Shown here: positions 39,438-48,064 of the stretch, piece after piece
Layout: each line of letters begins with the position of its first letter
Numbering within the stretch: the stretch's first letter is position 1
Source of the DNA: an uncultured Bacilli bacterium
Lineage (GTDB): Bacteria; Bacillota_I; Bacilli_A; RF39; UBA660
Direction of reading: 5' to 3'
Assembly (NCBI GenBank): GCA_947626095.1
Contig: CANQQV010000011.1
Location: forward strand, 1 to 51,595
DNA length: 51,595 nucleotides
The notes under the pieces: model-generated
The model's input: only the letters and a program-made list of their open reading frames with translations
What the model was told of the DNA's origin: nothing
Databases searched by the model: none
Made by a program: the position numbers and the translations under genes

Positions 39438-39741
39438 TACAAGTATTAAATTTAGTAGTGTAGAAACAGCTGTTAATGAATTAACTACTGGTAGAAATAA
39501 TATGGAATCTACTTTAGATGAATTTGCTAATATTATTAGAACTTTAATTGCTAATGGTGATTTAGTAGGTACAGCAGCTGATACATTTGAACAAAGCTTT
39601 GAGGATTTAAAGAAACAAAAATTTGAATCTTATATTGCTTTAGTTCAAGAATTTGCTGAAGTTATTTCTAAAGCTGGACAAGCTACTCATGCAACTGCTC
39701 AAGCATTAGAAGCAGATGCCAATCAAACTTTATATCATTAA
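39430..39741 (+). CDS. WXG100-like protein (central LVG)
   Basis: 103 aa; LVG.AAD.F...F..LK. Confidence 0.7.
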   Translation: MADTSIKFSSVETAVNELTTGRNNMESTLDEFANIIRTLIANGDLVGTAADTFEQSFEDLKKQKFESYIALVQEFAEVISKAGQATHATAQALEADANQTLYH

Positions 39742-39745
39742 TAAT

Positions 39746-39770
39746 AGGACCTACGGGTCTTTTCTTTTTT
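39746..39770 (+). terminator. Intrinsic terminator after the WXG100-like pair
   Basis: AGGACC-TACG-GGTCTT plus T tract. Confidence 0.8.
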
Positions 39771-39802
39771 ACATATCTTTTTAACAAAATGTTAAAAAGG
39801 TG

Positions 39803-39841
39803 TTGACTTTTATAATTGTTATTAATATAATGTTAATAACA
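39803..39841 (+). promoter_or_regulatory. SigA promoter of the nadD operon with overlapping 25-bp palindrome
   Basis: TTGACT(39803)-N17-TATAAT(39826); TGTTATTAA-N7-TTAATAACA at 39817-39841. Confidence 0.8.
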
Positions 39842-39855
39842 GGAAGTGATATAAA

Positions 39856-40272
39856 ATGGAAGTAAGTTTTACTAAAGAAGAAACACTTAAATTAATAGAG
39901 GAGTATTATAAGAAATTAGAGGGAAAAACAGTACATGCTCAAGCTAAAGCAACAAGAGGATTAGTTGGATATTATGAAGATGAGGGGTGTATAACAGAAA
40001 TAACTGTTAGTGAGCAAATGGAAATTGCTGGACTTAATAAAGAAGTAAAAGAAGAAATTACGCCAGATAAGCTAAGAACTTTACTTAAAGCTTTATTTGG
40101 TCTTTATGAATTTGAAGTTCTTGATGTATCTTTAAATGATGGTTTAAATTCACGATGGGAAGGCTACGGAATGGCAGAACATGAAGTAAAAACTGCTTAT
40201 TTTAAAGGTATGACATTAAATATTCAAAAGAAAAAAGATTATGGTTTAAATATGTCCTATGGAAATAAATAG
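39856..40272 (+). CDS. Hypothetical protein, lead gene of the nadD-pncC-nadK operon
   Basis: 138-aa ORF with RBS, 18 nt before the nadD ORF; weak internal duplication. Confidence 0.8.
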   Translation: MEVSFTKEETLKLIEEYYKKLEGKTVHAQAKATRGLVGYYEDEGCITEITVSEQMEIAGLNKEVKEEITPDKLRTLLKALFGLYEFEVLDVSLNDGLNSRWEGYGMAEHEVKTAYFKGMTLNIQKKKDYGLNMSYGNK

Positions 40273-40290
40273 AGTTACAATTAATATAAG

Positions 40291-40887
40291 GTGATAGTTG
40301 TGAAGATTGGAATATTTGGTGGAAGTTTTAATCCACCGCATAAAATGCATATAAATATAGTGAACGAATTATTAAAACAACACTATGTTGATAAAGTGAT
40401 TTTTGTGCCGACTGGTTCTAAATATGAATATAAGAATAATCTAATTTCTGATAAGTATCGTTTAGAAATGTTAAGACTTATAACTGATGGTAATAAGTGT
40501 GAAGTTAGTGATTTCGAACTTAAGGATTATGTTGTATATACATGTGAAACATTAAAATATTTTAAAGAGAAATATCCTAATGATGAAATATACTTTATTT
40601 GTGGAACAGATAACTTAAGTTATATCGATAAATGGAAAAATGGACTAGAAATACTTAGAAATTATAAAATACTAGTTATTAATCGTAGTAGTAATGATAT
40701 TATGGAATTGTTAGATAAATATAAAGAGTATAAAGATAATATAATCGTAGCTTCTATTCCTTTAAATGATATGTCTTCTACTAATATTAGATTTTTGATT
40801 AAAGAAAATAAAAAAGAGGAATTAAATAAATATTTAGATAAAAAAGTTATAGATTATATATGTCAAAATAATTTATACTTAGATTAA
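40291..40887 (+). CDS. nadD: Nicotinate-nucleotide adenylyltransferase
   Basis: GIFGGSFNPPH..H, FI.G.DN, SST.IR, YI..N.LY. Confidence 0.93.
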   Translation: MIVVKIGIFGGSFNPPHKMHINIVNELLKQHYVDKVIFVPTGSKYEYKNNLISDKYRLEMLRLITDGNKCEVSDFELKDYVVYTCETLKYFKEKYPNDEIYFICGTDNLSYIDKWKNGLEILRNYKILVINRSSNDIMELLDKYKEYKDNIIVASIPLNDMSSTNIRFLIKENKKEELNKYLDKKVIDYICQNNLYLD

Positions 40888-40897
40888 GGTGATATTA

Positions 40898-41386
40898 ATG
40901 AAAACGTTTAAAAAAATAATTGAAGAATTAACTAAAAGAAAAGAGACTATTGCAACGATGGAATCTTGTACGGGTGGAGGAGTAGCTGATGCGATAACTT
41001 CAATAGAAGGAGCTTCAGAAGTATTAAAGTTTAGTGCAGTTACCTATTCTAATGAATATAAAATTAAAATGGGTGTAGATAAAAAAGTAATAGATAAATA
41101 TAGTGTTTATAGTATGGAGACAGCCCATGAAATGGCACTAAATATTATAAAGTTTGCTAAAGCAGATATAGGAATAGGAATTACTGGTAAATTAAATAGA
41201 GCTGATCAAAATAATAACTTTGGTAAAGATAATGAAGTATTTATTAGTATTTTGTATAAAGATAAATACTATGATATGGATATTAATGTGGATAAGAAAA
41301 GTCGTAAAGAGAATAAAGAAGTTATTATAGAACTAATTATAGATAAGTTAGGTGAGATATTATGGGAAGAAGAATCAATAAAGTAA
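40898..41386 (+). CDS. pncC: CinA C-terminal domain / NMN deamidase
   Basis: IAT.ESCTGG, GAS, VTYSN..K, S.ETA.EMA, ITG. Confidence 0.88.
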   Translation: MKTFKKIIEELTKRKETIATMESCTGGGVADAITSIEGASEVLKFSAVTYSNEYKIKMGVDKKVIDKYSVYSMETAHEMALNIIKFAKADIGIGITGKLNRADQNNNFGKDNEVFISILYKDKYYDMDINVDKKSRKENKEVIIELIIDKLGEILWEEESIK

Positions 41387-42168
41387 GACTATTTGTTAAT
41401 GATAATGAACAATCTGTTATTGTAGCTAAAGACTTAGAATTAGAACTTAAAAAGTATGGTTTTGAAATAATTAGTAATGACTATGATTTAGCTATCTCAG
41501 TAGGTGGGGATGGTTCATTTCTTAGAATGGTTAAAGAAACGAGGTTTAATCCAAATATATATTATATAGGGATTAATAGTGGGACTTTGGGTTTTTTACA
41601 AGAAATAGATCTTAAAGATTGTGTTGATTTTGTTAAAAGATTAAACTCTGATAAATATAAAGTAGAAAATATTAATATTCAAACAACTAAAGTAATTACA
41701 GAAGACAAGATATATAGTTTTGATTCTTTAAATGAAATAGTAGTTAGAAATAGAGAATTTAGTACTTTGAAAGTACCAGTATTTGTTGATGATGAGTTAT
41801 TAGAAAACTTTACTGGTGATGGATTACTTATTAGTACTAGTACTGGTAGTACAGCTTATAACATGAGTTTTGGTGGTAGTATTGTTTATAATACATTAAA
41901 TACTTTGTCTATTACACCAGTAGCTCCTTTAAATAATAAAGTGTTTAAGACATTAATTAATAGCTTAATTATACCTGGAGATAAAATAATAACGTTATTA
42001 CCTAATAAAGAATATAATAATTTGTTTATTCAAGTAGATGGGGTTAATAAAATGATAGATAATGTTATTAAGATAGAAACTAGAGTAAGTAATAAAAGTA
42101 TTAAATGTATTAGAATGAATGATTTTCATTTTATTAAAGTAATTAATGATAAGATTCTAACTAAATAG
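41362..42168 (+). CDS. nadK: NAD kinase
   Basis: GGDGSFL, G.LGFL, LNE, GDG..IST.TGSTAY..S.GG. Confidence 0.95.
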   Translation: MGRRINKVRLFVNDNEQSVIVAKDLELELKKYGFEIISNDYDLAISVGGDGSFLRMVKETRFNPNIYYIGINSGTLGFLQEIDLKDCVDFVKRLNSDKYKVENINIQTTKVITEDKIYSFDSLNEIVVRNREFSTLKVPVFVDDELLENFTGDGLLISTSTGSTAYNMSFGGSIVYNTLNTLSITPVAPLNNKVFKTLINSLIIPGDKIITLLPNKEYNNLFIQVDGVNKMIDNVIKIETRVSNKSIKCIRMNDFHFIKVINDKILTK

Positions 42169-42251
42169 ATAATAATTATAATTAAATATTGCTTTTTGTT
42201 GGTACTTGACTGGGTAATTATTGAATTTTATAATTATATTAAGGTGAGTTT

Positions 42252-42383
42252 ATGGAAAAGATAAAAAGAAAAATTAAATTATTTATAAATAGAGTTATTG
42301 CTAGAACTTCACCATATATAATATACATAGAAGAAGATAATAATAAATTATTAGCTGAATATAGAAAAAGAATTAAATTTTAA
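42252..42383 (+). CDS. Small basic protein, 43 aa (absent from the ORF track)
   Basis: MEKIKRKIKLFINRVIARTSPYIIYIEEDNNKLLAEYRKRIKF; RBS AAGGTGAG; promoter TTGACT(42206)-N17-TATAAT(42229). Confidence 0.6.
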   Translation: MEKIKRKIKLFINRVIARTSPYIIYIEEDNNKLLAEYRKRIKF

Positions 42384-42467
42384 TTCTTTTATTGGCTTAT
42401 TAGAAAATCATGATTTTGTTAATGATAAAGTGTTATCTAGATATATGTAAATTATAAGGAGTAAGAT

Positions 42468-43544
42468 ATGAAAAAGAAAAAGATTATAATATGTTTGATT
42501 GTTATTATTTTAGTTAGCTTAGTAATAGGTAGTATCTTATTACTAGGGAATAGTAAGATAGATAAGAAAGATAGTAATGAAAATAAAGAATTAGTAATAG
42601 ATCATGAGTCTTTAGATTATGTATATAATCAAGATATAGTTAAAAAATATGGAGATATTAGAGATATACATAGTGATTATAGTAAAGATAAAGCGATAGA
42701 AGATAAAGTTTATGTAAGTACTTATGATGAAGTTTATAATAAGGAAATAATTGAAAAGTTTTATGAATCTTATAAAAATAAACAAGAGTGCTTTATAAGA
42801 ATTATGGCATATACATTAGAGGGAGATCCTATTATTACTGATGTTTTATATGATAAAGACAAGGTTTATGTGGTAGTAGATGATAGAAGAGATGGATATG
42901 CTAGTGAGGGAAATGTAACACTTAAAGTATTTGATAAATTTGGTGTAGAAAAAGATCGTGGTGAATACTATTGGACTGCTTATAATGGGGAAAAGGTAGT
43001 AGAACATAATGATTATTGGTCTTTAGTTTCGGTAGCTGATGAGTATATTAAAAAAGTAAATATTGATGATATTATTTTGGAAAATATGAGTATTGAAAAG
43101 TTTTATGCGATTAATTCTCAGAATGGAATTGTTGATGTTAGATTTTTAGATAAAGATTATTCATTTGAGGATGCTAAGAAAGATAAATGTAGTATTAAAG
43201 GTAATAATGCGTTTTGTACTAATACTTTAGATAAATTTATTAAAGATTATAAAGATAAGAAAACAACTGCTATTAGAATAGTTACTAATAGTGATAATGG
43301 GATTGTTATTAAAGATGTTTATTATGATAGTGATTTAGATAAAATATATTTAGTTGTTGATAAATCAAGAGTTAATAACATACCTAATAAAGAGAAAGAA
43401 ATTAAATTGTTAGAATACGTTAAAATTCGTGAATACTCTGTTGATAATTATGAACGAATTGATTTAATTGCTGATGGTATTAGAGATGATTATTACTTAT
43501 GTGATTGTATTTGGGGAGAAGAGGAAGTCTTTAATATAGTGTAA
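42468..43544 (+). CDS. Membrane-anchored protein with two tandem DUF4362-like domains
   Basis: TM anchor; YS...A..D...N.....F......IRI...T.EGDPII.D..Y.....D..RD, repeated in degenerate form. Confidence 0.7.
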   Translation: MKKKKIIICLIVIILVSLVIGSILLLGNSKIDKKDSNENKELVIDHESLDYVYNQDIVKKYGDIRDIHSDYSKDKAIEDKVYVSTYDEVYNKEIIEKFYESYKNKQECFIRIMAYTLEGDPIITDVLYDKDKVYVVVDDRRDGYASEGNVTLKVFDKFGVEKDRGEYYWTAYNGEKVVEHNDYWSLVSVADEYIKKVNIDDIILENMSIEKFYAINSQNGIVDVRFLDKDYSFEDAKKDKCSIKGNNAFCTNTLDKFIKDYKDKKTTAIRIVTNSDNGIVIKDVYYDSDLDKIYLVVDKSRVNNIPNKEKEIKLLEYVKIREYSVDNYERIDLIADGIRDDYYLCDCIWGEEEVFNIV

Positions 43545-43570
43545 TTTAAAAGAACTATGCGAATAGTTCT

Positions 43571-44134
43571 TTATTTTTTGTAGATAAATTTATGAGTACC
43601 AAAGTAACTTAAACGTTCAATGATTTCAGCTACTTCATCGACATCTTTATCAAAATCATTTTTGACCCAATAATTAACAACACCTAAAGCACCATTAAAG
43701 ATAAAGACTGAAGCGTATTCAATGTCTTCTTCACTAAGGTTAGGTAGGTCATTCTGCCATTTCTGCTTACATTTATCATAAGCTAGTTCTAAAATATTAT
43801 TTAAAAAATATACATTATTATTAGTATTAAATAATATTTTAACTAATTCTTTATTACTTAAGAAAACAGTTAATAAATCTTTTGTGAAAGTAGATACTGA
43901 ATAAAAGTTATCTGTATTAGTAGGAACAGCATTTTTAAGCTCATTTACAAAGTCTTCTTCTATTTTATTTAGTAAATCGTAAACATCGACATAATAACGA
44001 TAAAATGTAGCTCTATTAATGTCAGATAGCTTACATATTTCACTAACTGTAATCTTTTTAATATCTTTTTCTAGTAATAAATCAATAAATGTGTCTCTAA
44101 TAATTTTTTTTGTATATTTTATTCGACGATCCAT
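43571..44134 (-). CDS. TetR/AcrR family regulator
   Basis: MDRR...TK..I...F..LL..K....ITV.EIC....INRATFY.YY.D. Confidence 0.92.
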   Translation of the reverse strand: MDRRIKYTKKIIRDTFIDLLLEKDIKKITVSEICKLSDINRATFYRYYVDVYDLLNKIEEDFVNELKNAVPTNTDNFYSVSTFTKDLLTVFLSNKELVKILFNTNNNVYFLNNILELAYDKCKQKWQNDLPNLSEEDIEYASVFIFNGALGVVNYWVKNDFDKDVDEVAEIIERLSYFGTHKFIYKK

Positions 44135-44285
44135 ATTATACCTCTTTTATTCAACAGTTTTATTATAAGTGTTTAATATTTAACAAATTGCTTAAATATT
44201 GATGATTGATGTAATAATCAAGTTAATTATATAATACATTTGTAAGTTATGCAACAAATGTTTAATAACTTAAGGAGGATGCTAA

Positions 44286-46007
44286 ATGAAAATGTTAGAT
44301 AAGGTAATTAATAAGATTAAATATAAACATCCATGGGATAAGTATTATAAAAAGAATGAAAGAAATATTGAAGTTCCTAATGTATCTTTATATGAACATT
44401 TAAAAGAGAAAAATAAAGATAATATGGATAGTATAGCAATTAATTATTTTAATAAGAAGATGACTTATAGATATTTCTTTGGGGAGATTAATCTATGTGC
44501 TCGAGCTTTAAGAAGTCAAGGGATAAGACCAGGTGATGTTGTAACGATATGTATGGCGAATACGCCAGAAGCAATTATAGCTTTTTATGCAGTGAATAAA
44601 ATAGGAGCAATAGCTAATATGATTCACCCTTTATCAGCAGAAGAAGAAATAAAGAATTCGTTAATTACAACTAATAGTGTAATGTTAATAGCCATTAACT
44701 TAAGTTATAAAAAGATTAAAGAAATAGTAGATGAGACGAATGTATATAAGACGATTATTGTTTCACCTGGGGATTCTATGCCTGTACTTTTAAAAGTTGG
44801 ATATTATATTACACAAGGTAGAAAAGTAGAAGTACCTAAGAAAAGTGAAAGTAATATGTACTGGAATGACTTTATGGCGAGAGGTAAAAGTTTTACAGAG
44901 AAAGTATTAGCTAAAACAACTAAAGATCAACTAGCAGTTATCTTACATAGTGGTGGAACGAGTGGGACACCTAAGAATATAGTTTTAACTAATGGTAATA
45001 TAAATGCAATAGCTAAACAAGCAGAGATAGTATTTAAAGATATTAATAGTAGTGATAGTGCGTTAGCCGTATTACCATTATTTCATTGCTTTGGGTTAGT
45101 AGTATGTGTACATGGACCAATGTGTTTAGGAGCTAGAACGATATTAGTACCACAGTTTGATGCGAAAAGATTTGATAAGCTACTTACTAAGTATAAACCA
45201 ACTTTTGTACCGGGAGTACCAACCTTATTTGAAGCATTACTAACTAATAAACATATGGATAATGTCGATTTGTCCTATGTTAAATATGTTATTTCAGGAG
45301 GGGACTCATTAAGTGTGGCAAAGAATGAAGAAGTTAATAAATTCTTAAAGAGTCATAATTGTCAAAGAAATATTATTCAAGGGTATGGAATGACAGAGAC
45401 ATCAGGACCAGTTACCTTTGGTTCAATGGGATCTGATGTGTTAGGTAGTGTAGGAATTCCTTTACCAGGTAATGAAGTTAGAATAGAAAGTGTTGAAACT
45501 AAGGAAGAAGTACCATATGGCGAAATAGGTGAAATATGTATTAGTGGACCAACAGTAATGCCTGGGTATCTAGATAATGAGAAAGAAACTAATTATATCC
45601 TAGAAAAAGATAGTAAAGGTAAGATATGGGTTCATACGGGGGATTTAGGTTATATGAGAGAAGATGGAGTATTATTCTTTACTTCAAGACTTAAAAGAAT
45701 GCTTATAGTGTCTGGTTATAATGTATATCCTTCACATATTGAAGAAGTTATTATGGAACATGAAGCGGTACTTAATTGTGGAGTTATAGGTATTCCACAT
45801 CCTTATAAAGTACAAGTACCTAAAGCTTATATAGTTTTAAATAATGGGGTTAAAGTAACTAATAAAATAAAAAACGAAATAAAAGAATATTGTGAAAAGA
45901 ACTTAGCTAAATATATGTTACCTAAAGAATATGTATTTAGAGAATCTTTACCTAAAACAATGATAGGTAAAGTAGATTATCGTGAGTTAGAAAAAGAAAA
46001 TAAATAA
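44286..46007 (+). CDS. Acyl-CoA synthetase (long-chain fatty acid-CoA ligase-like)
   Basis: SGGTSGTPK, QGYGMTE, HTGDLG, RLKR, GYNVYP, LPKT..GK. Confidence 0.92.
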   Translation: MKMLDKVINKIKYKHPWDKYYKKNERNIEVPNVSLYEHLKEKNKDNMDSIAINYFNKKMTYRYFFGEINLCARALRSQGIRPGDVVTICMANTPEAIIAFYAVNKIGAIANMIHPLSAEEEIKNSLITTNSVMLIAINLSYKKIKEIVDETNVYKTIIVSPGDSMPVLLKVGYYITQGRKVEVPKKSESNMYWNDFMARGKSFTEKVLAKTTKDQLAVILHSGGTSGTPKNIVLTNGNINAIAKQAEIVFKDINSSDSALAVLPLFHCFGLVVCVHGPMCLGARTILVPQFDAKRFDKLLTKYKPTFVPGVPTLFEALLTNKHMDNVDLSYVKYVISGGDSLSVAKNEEVNKFLKSHNCQRNIIQGYGMTETSGPVTFGSMGSDVLGSVGIPLPGNEVRIESVETKEEVPYGEIGEICISGPTVMPGYLDNEKETNYILEKDSKGKIWVHTGDLGYMREDGVLFFTSRLKRMLIVSGYNVYPSHIEEVIMEHEAVLNCGVIGIPHPYKVQVPKAYIVLNNGVKVTNKIKNEIKEYCEKNLAKYMLPKEYVFRESLPKTMIGKVDYRELEKENK

Positions 46008-46065
46008 TAAATAATAAAAGTTAAATATATGTTATGATATTAAAGTGGTAAGAGGTGTAGTAGTT

Positions 46066-46998
46066 ATGAAGATTGGAATACCAAGAGCTTTCTTGTATTA
46101 TAGATACCATGTATTATGGGAAACATTTTTTGATGAGCTAGGTATAGAGTATATTGTAAGTCTAGAGACTAATAAAGATATCTTAAGAAGAGGGGCGATG
46201 CATTCAATAGATGAATCTTGTTTATCCAGTAAAATATATACAGGGCATGTAGATTATCTAATTGATAAATGTGATTATATCTTTATACCTCGTGTAGCAA
46301 CTTTTGGTAATACGAAAGAAATAGTATGTTCTAAATTTCAAGCTATATATGATGTAATTAAAAATACTTATCGTGAGAAAGATTTAAAGATACTATATTA
46401 TAGTATAGATGTTCATAATAAAGATACAGAATTAAAAGCTTTTATGAAGATGGGTAAATTCTTAGGTAAGAATAAAGCTCAAGTACTAAAAGCTTATTAC
46501 ATAGCTAAACAAGCAGAAAAGACACATAAGATCTTAGATATACGTAATCAAGAGAAATTACTTGATGAAAGTGATAAATTAAAGATATTAATTGTATCAC
46601 ATCCTTATAATATATATGATGAATATGTAGGTAAACCTATTTTAAATACTTTAAAAGAATTAGATTGTGACATAGCTTTAGCTAGTATTGTAGATGAAAA
46701 GACAGCTAAGGAAAGAGCGAAAGTAATTAGTGCGACTTTACCTTGGACTTTTAATAAAGAATTAGTAGGAGCTATTAGTATTTATAAAGATAAAGTAGAT
46801 GGAATCATCTTAGTATCTTCTTTTCCTTGTGGACCAGATTCCTTAGTTAATGAAATGATAGTTAGAAGATTAAAAGATAAACCAATTATTAACTTAATTT
46901 TAGATGGACAAGAGGGAACAGCTGGGATTGAAACAAGACTAGAAAGTTTTGTTGATATTATTAGACTTAGAAAGGAAAAAGAAGATGAAGAGAAGTAA
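46066..46998 (+). CDS. Acyl-CoA dehydratase activase-related protein (DUF2229)
   Basis: MKIGIPRA, DE.CL..K...GHV, C.KF, HPYN..D, F.CGPD, G..TRLESF.D. Confidence 0.85.
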   Translation: MKIGIPRAFLYYRYHVLWETFFDELGIEYIVSLETNKDILRRGAMHSIDESCLSSKIYTGHVDYLIDKCDYIFIPRVATFGNTKEIVCSKFQAIYDVIKNTYREKDLKILYYSIDVHNKDTELKAFMKMGKFLGKNKAQVLKAYYIAKQAEKTHKILDIRNQEKLLDESDKLKILIVSHPYNIYDEYVGKPILNTLKELDCDIALASIVDEKTAKERAKVISATLPWTFNKELVGAISIYKDKVDGIILVSSFPCGPDSLVNEMIVRRLKDKPIINLILDGQEGTAGIETRLESFVDIIRLRKEKEDEEK

Positions 46999-48064
46999 AA
47001 AAGCTAAAGTATACTTCCCAAGATGGGAATCTTATAATGTAGCGGTTGAACATATAATAAGAAATGGACTTGATTGTGATTATTTATATGCTAAACCTAT
47101 TACAAGAAGAACATTAGAAATAGGTACTAAGAATTCACCTGACTTTGTATGTACACCTTTTAAATATATTTTAGGTGGATATATAGAAGCAATAGAAGAA
47201 GGGGCGGATACTTTAATACAAGTTGGTGGTTTATGTCGATTAGGTTATTACGGGGAACTACATGAACAGATACTAAGAGATTTAGGTTATAAAGATATTA
47301 ACTTTGTTAATATGGCTAATGCTAGTTTTAAAAATCCGTTAAGTTTTTATGATGAATTTAAAAAGATAAATCCTGATCTAAGTTTAAAAAAAGTAACAGA
47401 AGCTTGTTTAGTAGCTGTTAAAATGGTTGAGATAATTGATAAAGTAGAAGATTATATTAGACAGAATGTTGGTTTTGAAGTAGTAGAGGGGTCTTTTGAT
47501 AAATTACATCAAGAATTCTTAGAAGATTTAAGCGAAGTAGAAGATAAGAAAGAACTTAATGTATTGTATAAACTATATAAAAAGAAATTTAAAAAGATAG
47601 AAGTAAATAAACCTAAGAATCCTTTAAAAGTTGGTTTTGTTGGAGAATACTATACAATTATGGATGGATATAGTAATCACTATATGGAAAAAGAATTAGC
47701 TAAAAAGGGAATAGTTATATACCGTTGGATGAACTTATCTAATAGTATATTAAATCCGCAAACTAAAGAAGTTAAACAAAGTATTAAGAATTATGCTAAG
47801 TATGATATGGGTGCGACAGCAATGTATACAATTAAAAAAGCTTTAGATTATGCGAAAGATGGAGTAGATGGGATTATCCATGTTAAGAGTTTTGGTTGTA
47901 CACCAGAAATAGATACAATGCCAGTATTACAAAGAATATCAGAAGATTATAAAATACCAGTTATTTATTTTAGTTTTGATAGTCAGACTAGTGATGTAGG
48001 TATTAATACAAGGGTAGAAGCTTTTTATGATATGATTATGATGCGAAAGGAGCAGAAGAAGTAA
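46985..48064 (+). CDS. 2-hydroxyacyl-CoA dehydratase-like subunit
   Basis: SPDFVC.PFK..LG, G.CR.GYY, VG.VGE.Y, DG.IH...FGCTPE, TR.EAF.D. Confidence 0.82.
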   Translation: MKRSKKAKVYFPRWESYNVAVEHIIRNGLDCDYLYAKPITRRTLEIGTKNSPDFVCTPFKYILGGYIEAIEEGADTLIQVGGLCRLGYYGELHEQILRDLGYKDINFVNMANASFKNPLSFYDEFKKINPDLSLKKVTEACLVAVKMVEIIDKVEDYIRQNVGFEVVEGSFDKLHQEFLEDLSEVEDKKELNVLYKLYKKKFKKIEVNKPKNPLKVGFVGEYYTIMDGYSNHYMEKELAKKGIVIYRWMNLSNSILNPQTKEVKQSIKNYAKYDMGATAMYTIKKALDYAKDGVDGIIHVKSFGCTPEIDTMPVLQRISEDYKIPVIYFSFDSQTSDVGINTRVEAFYDMIMMRKEQKK

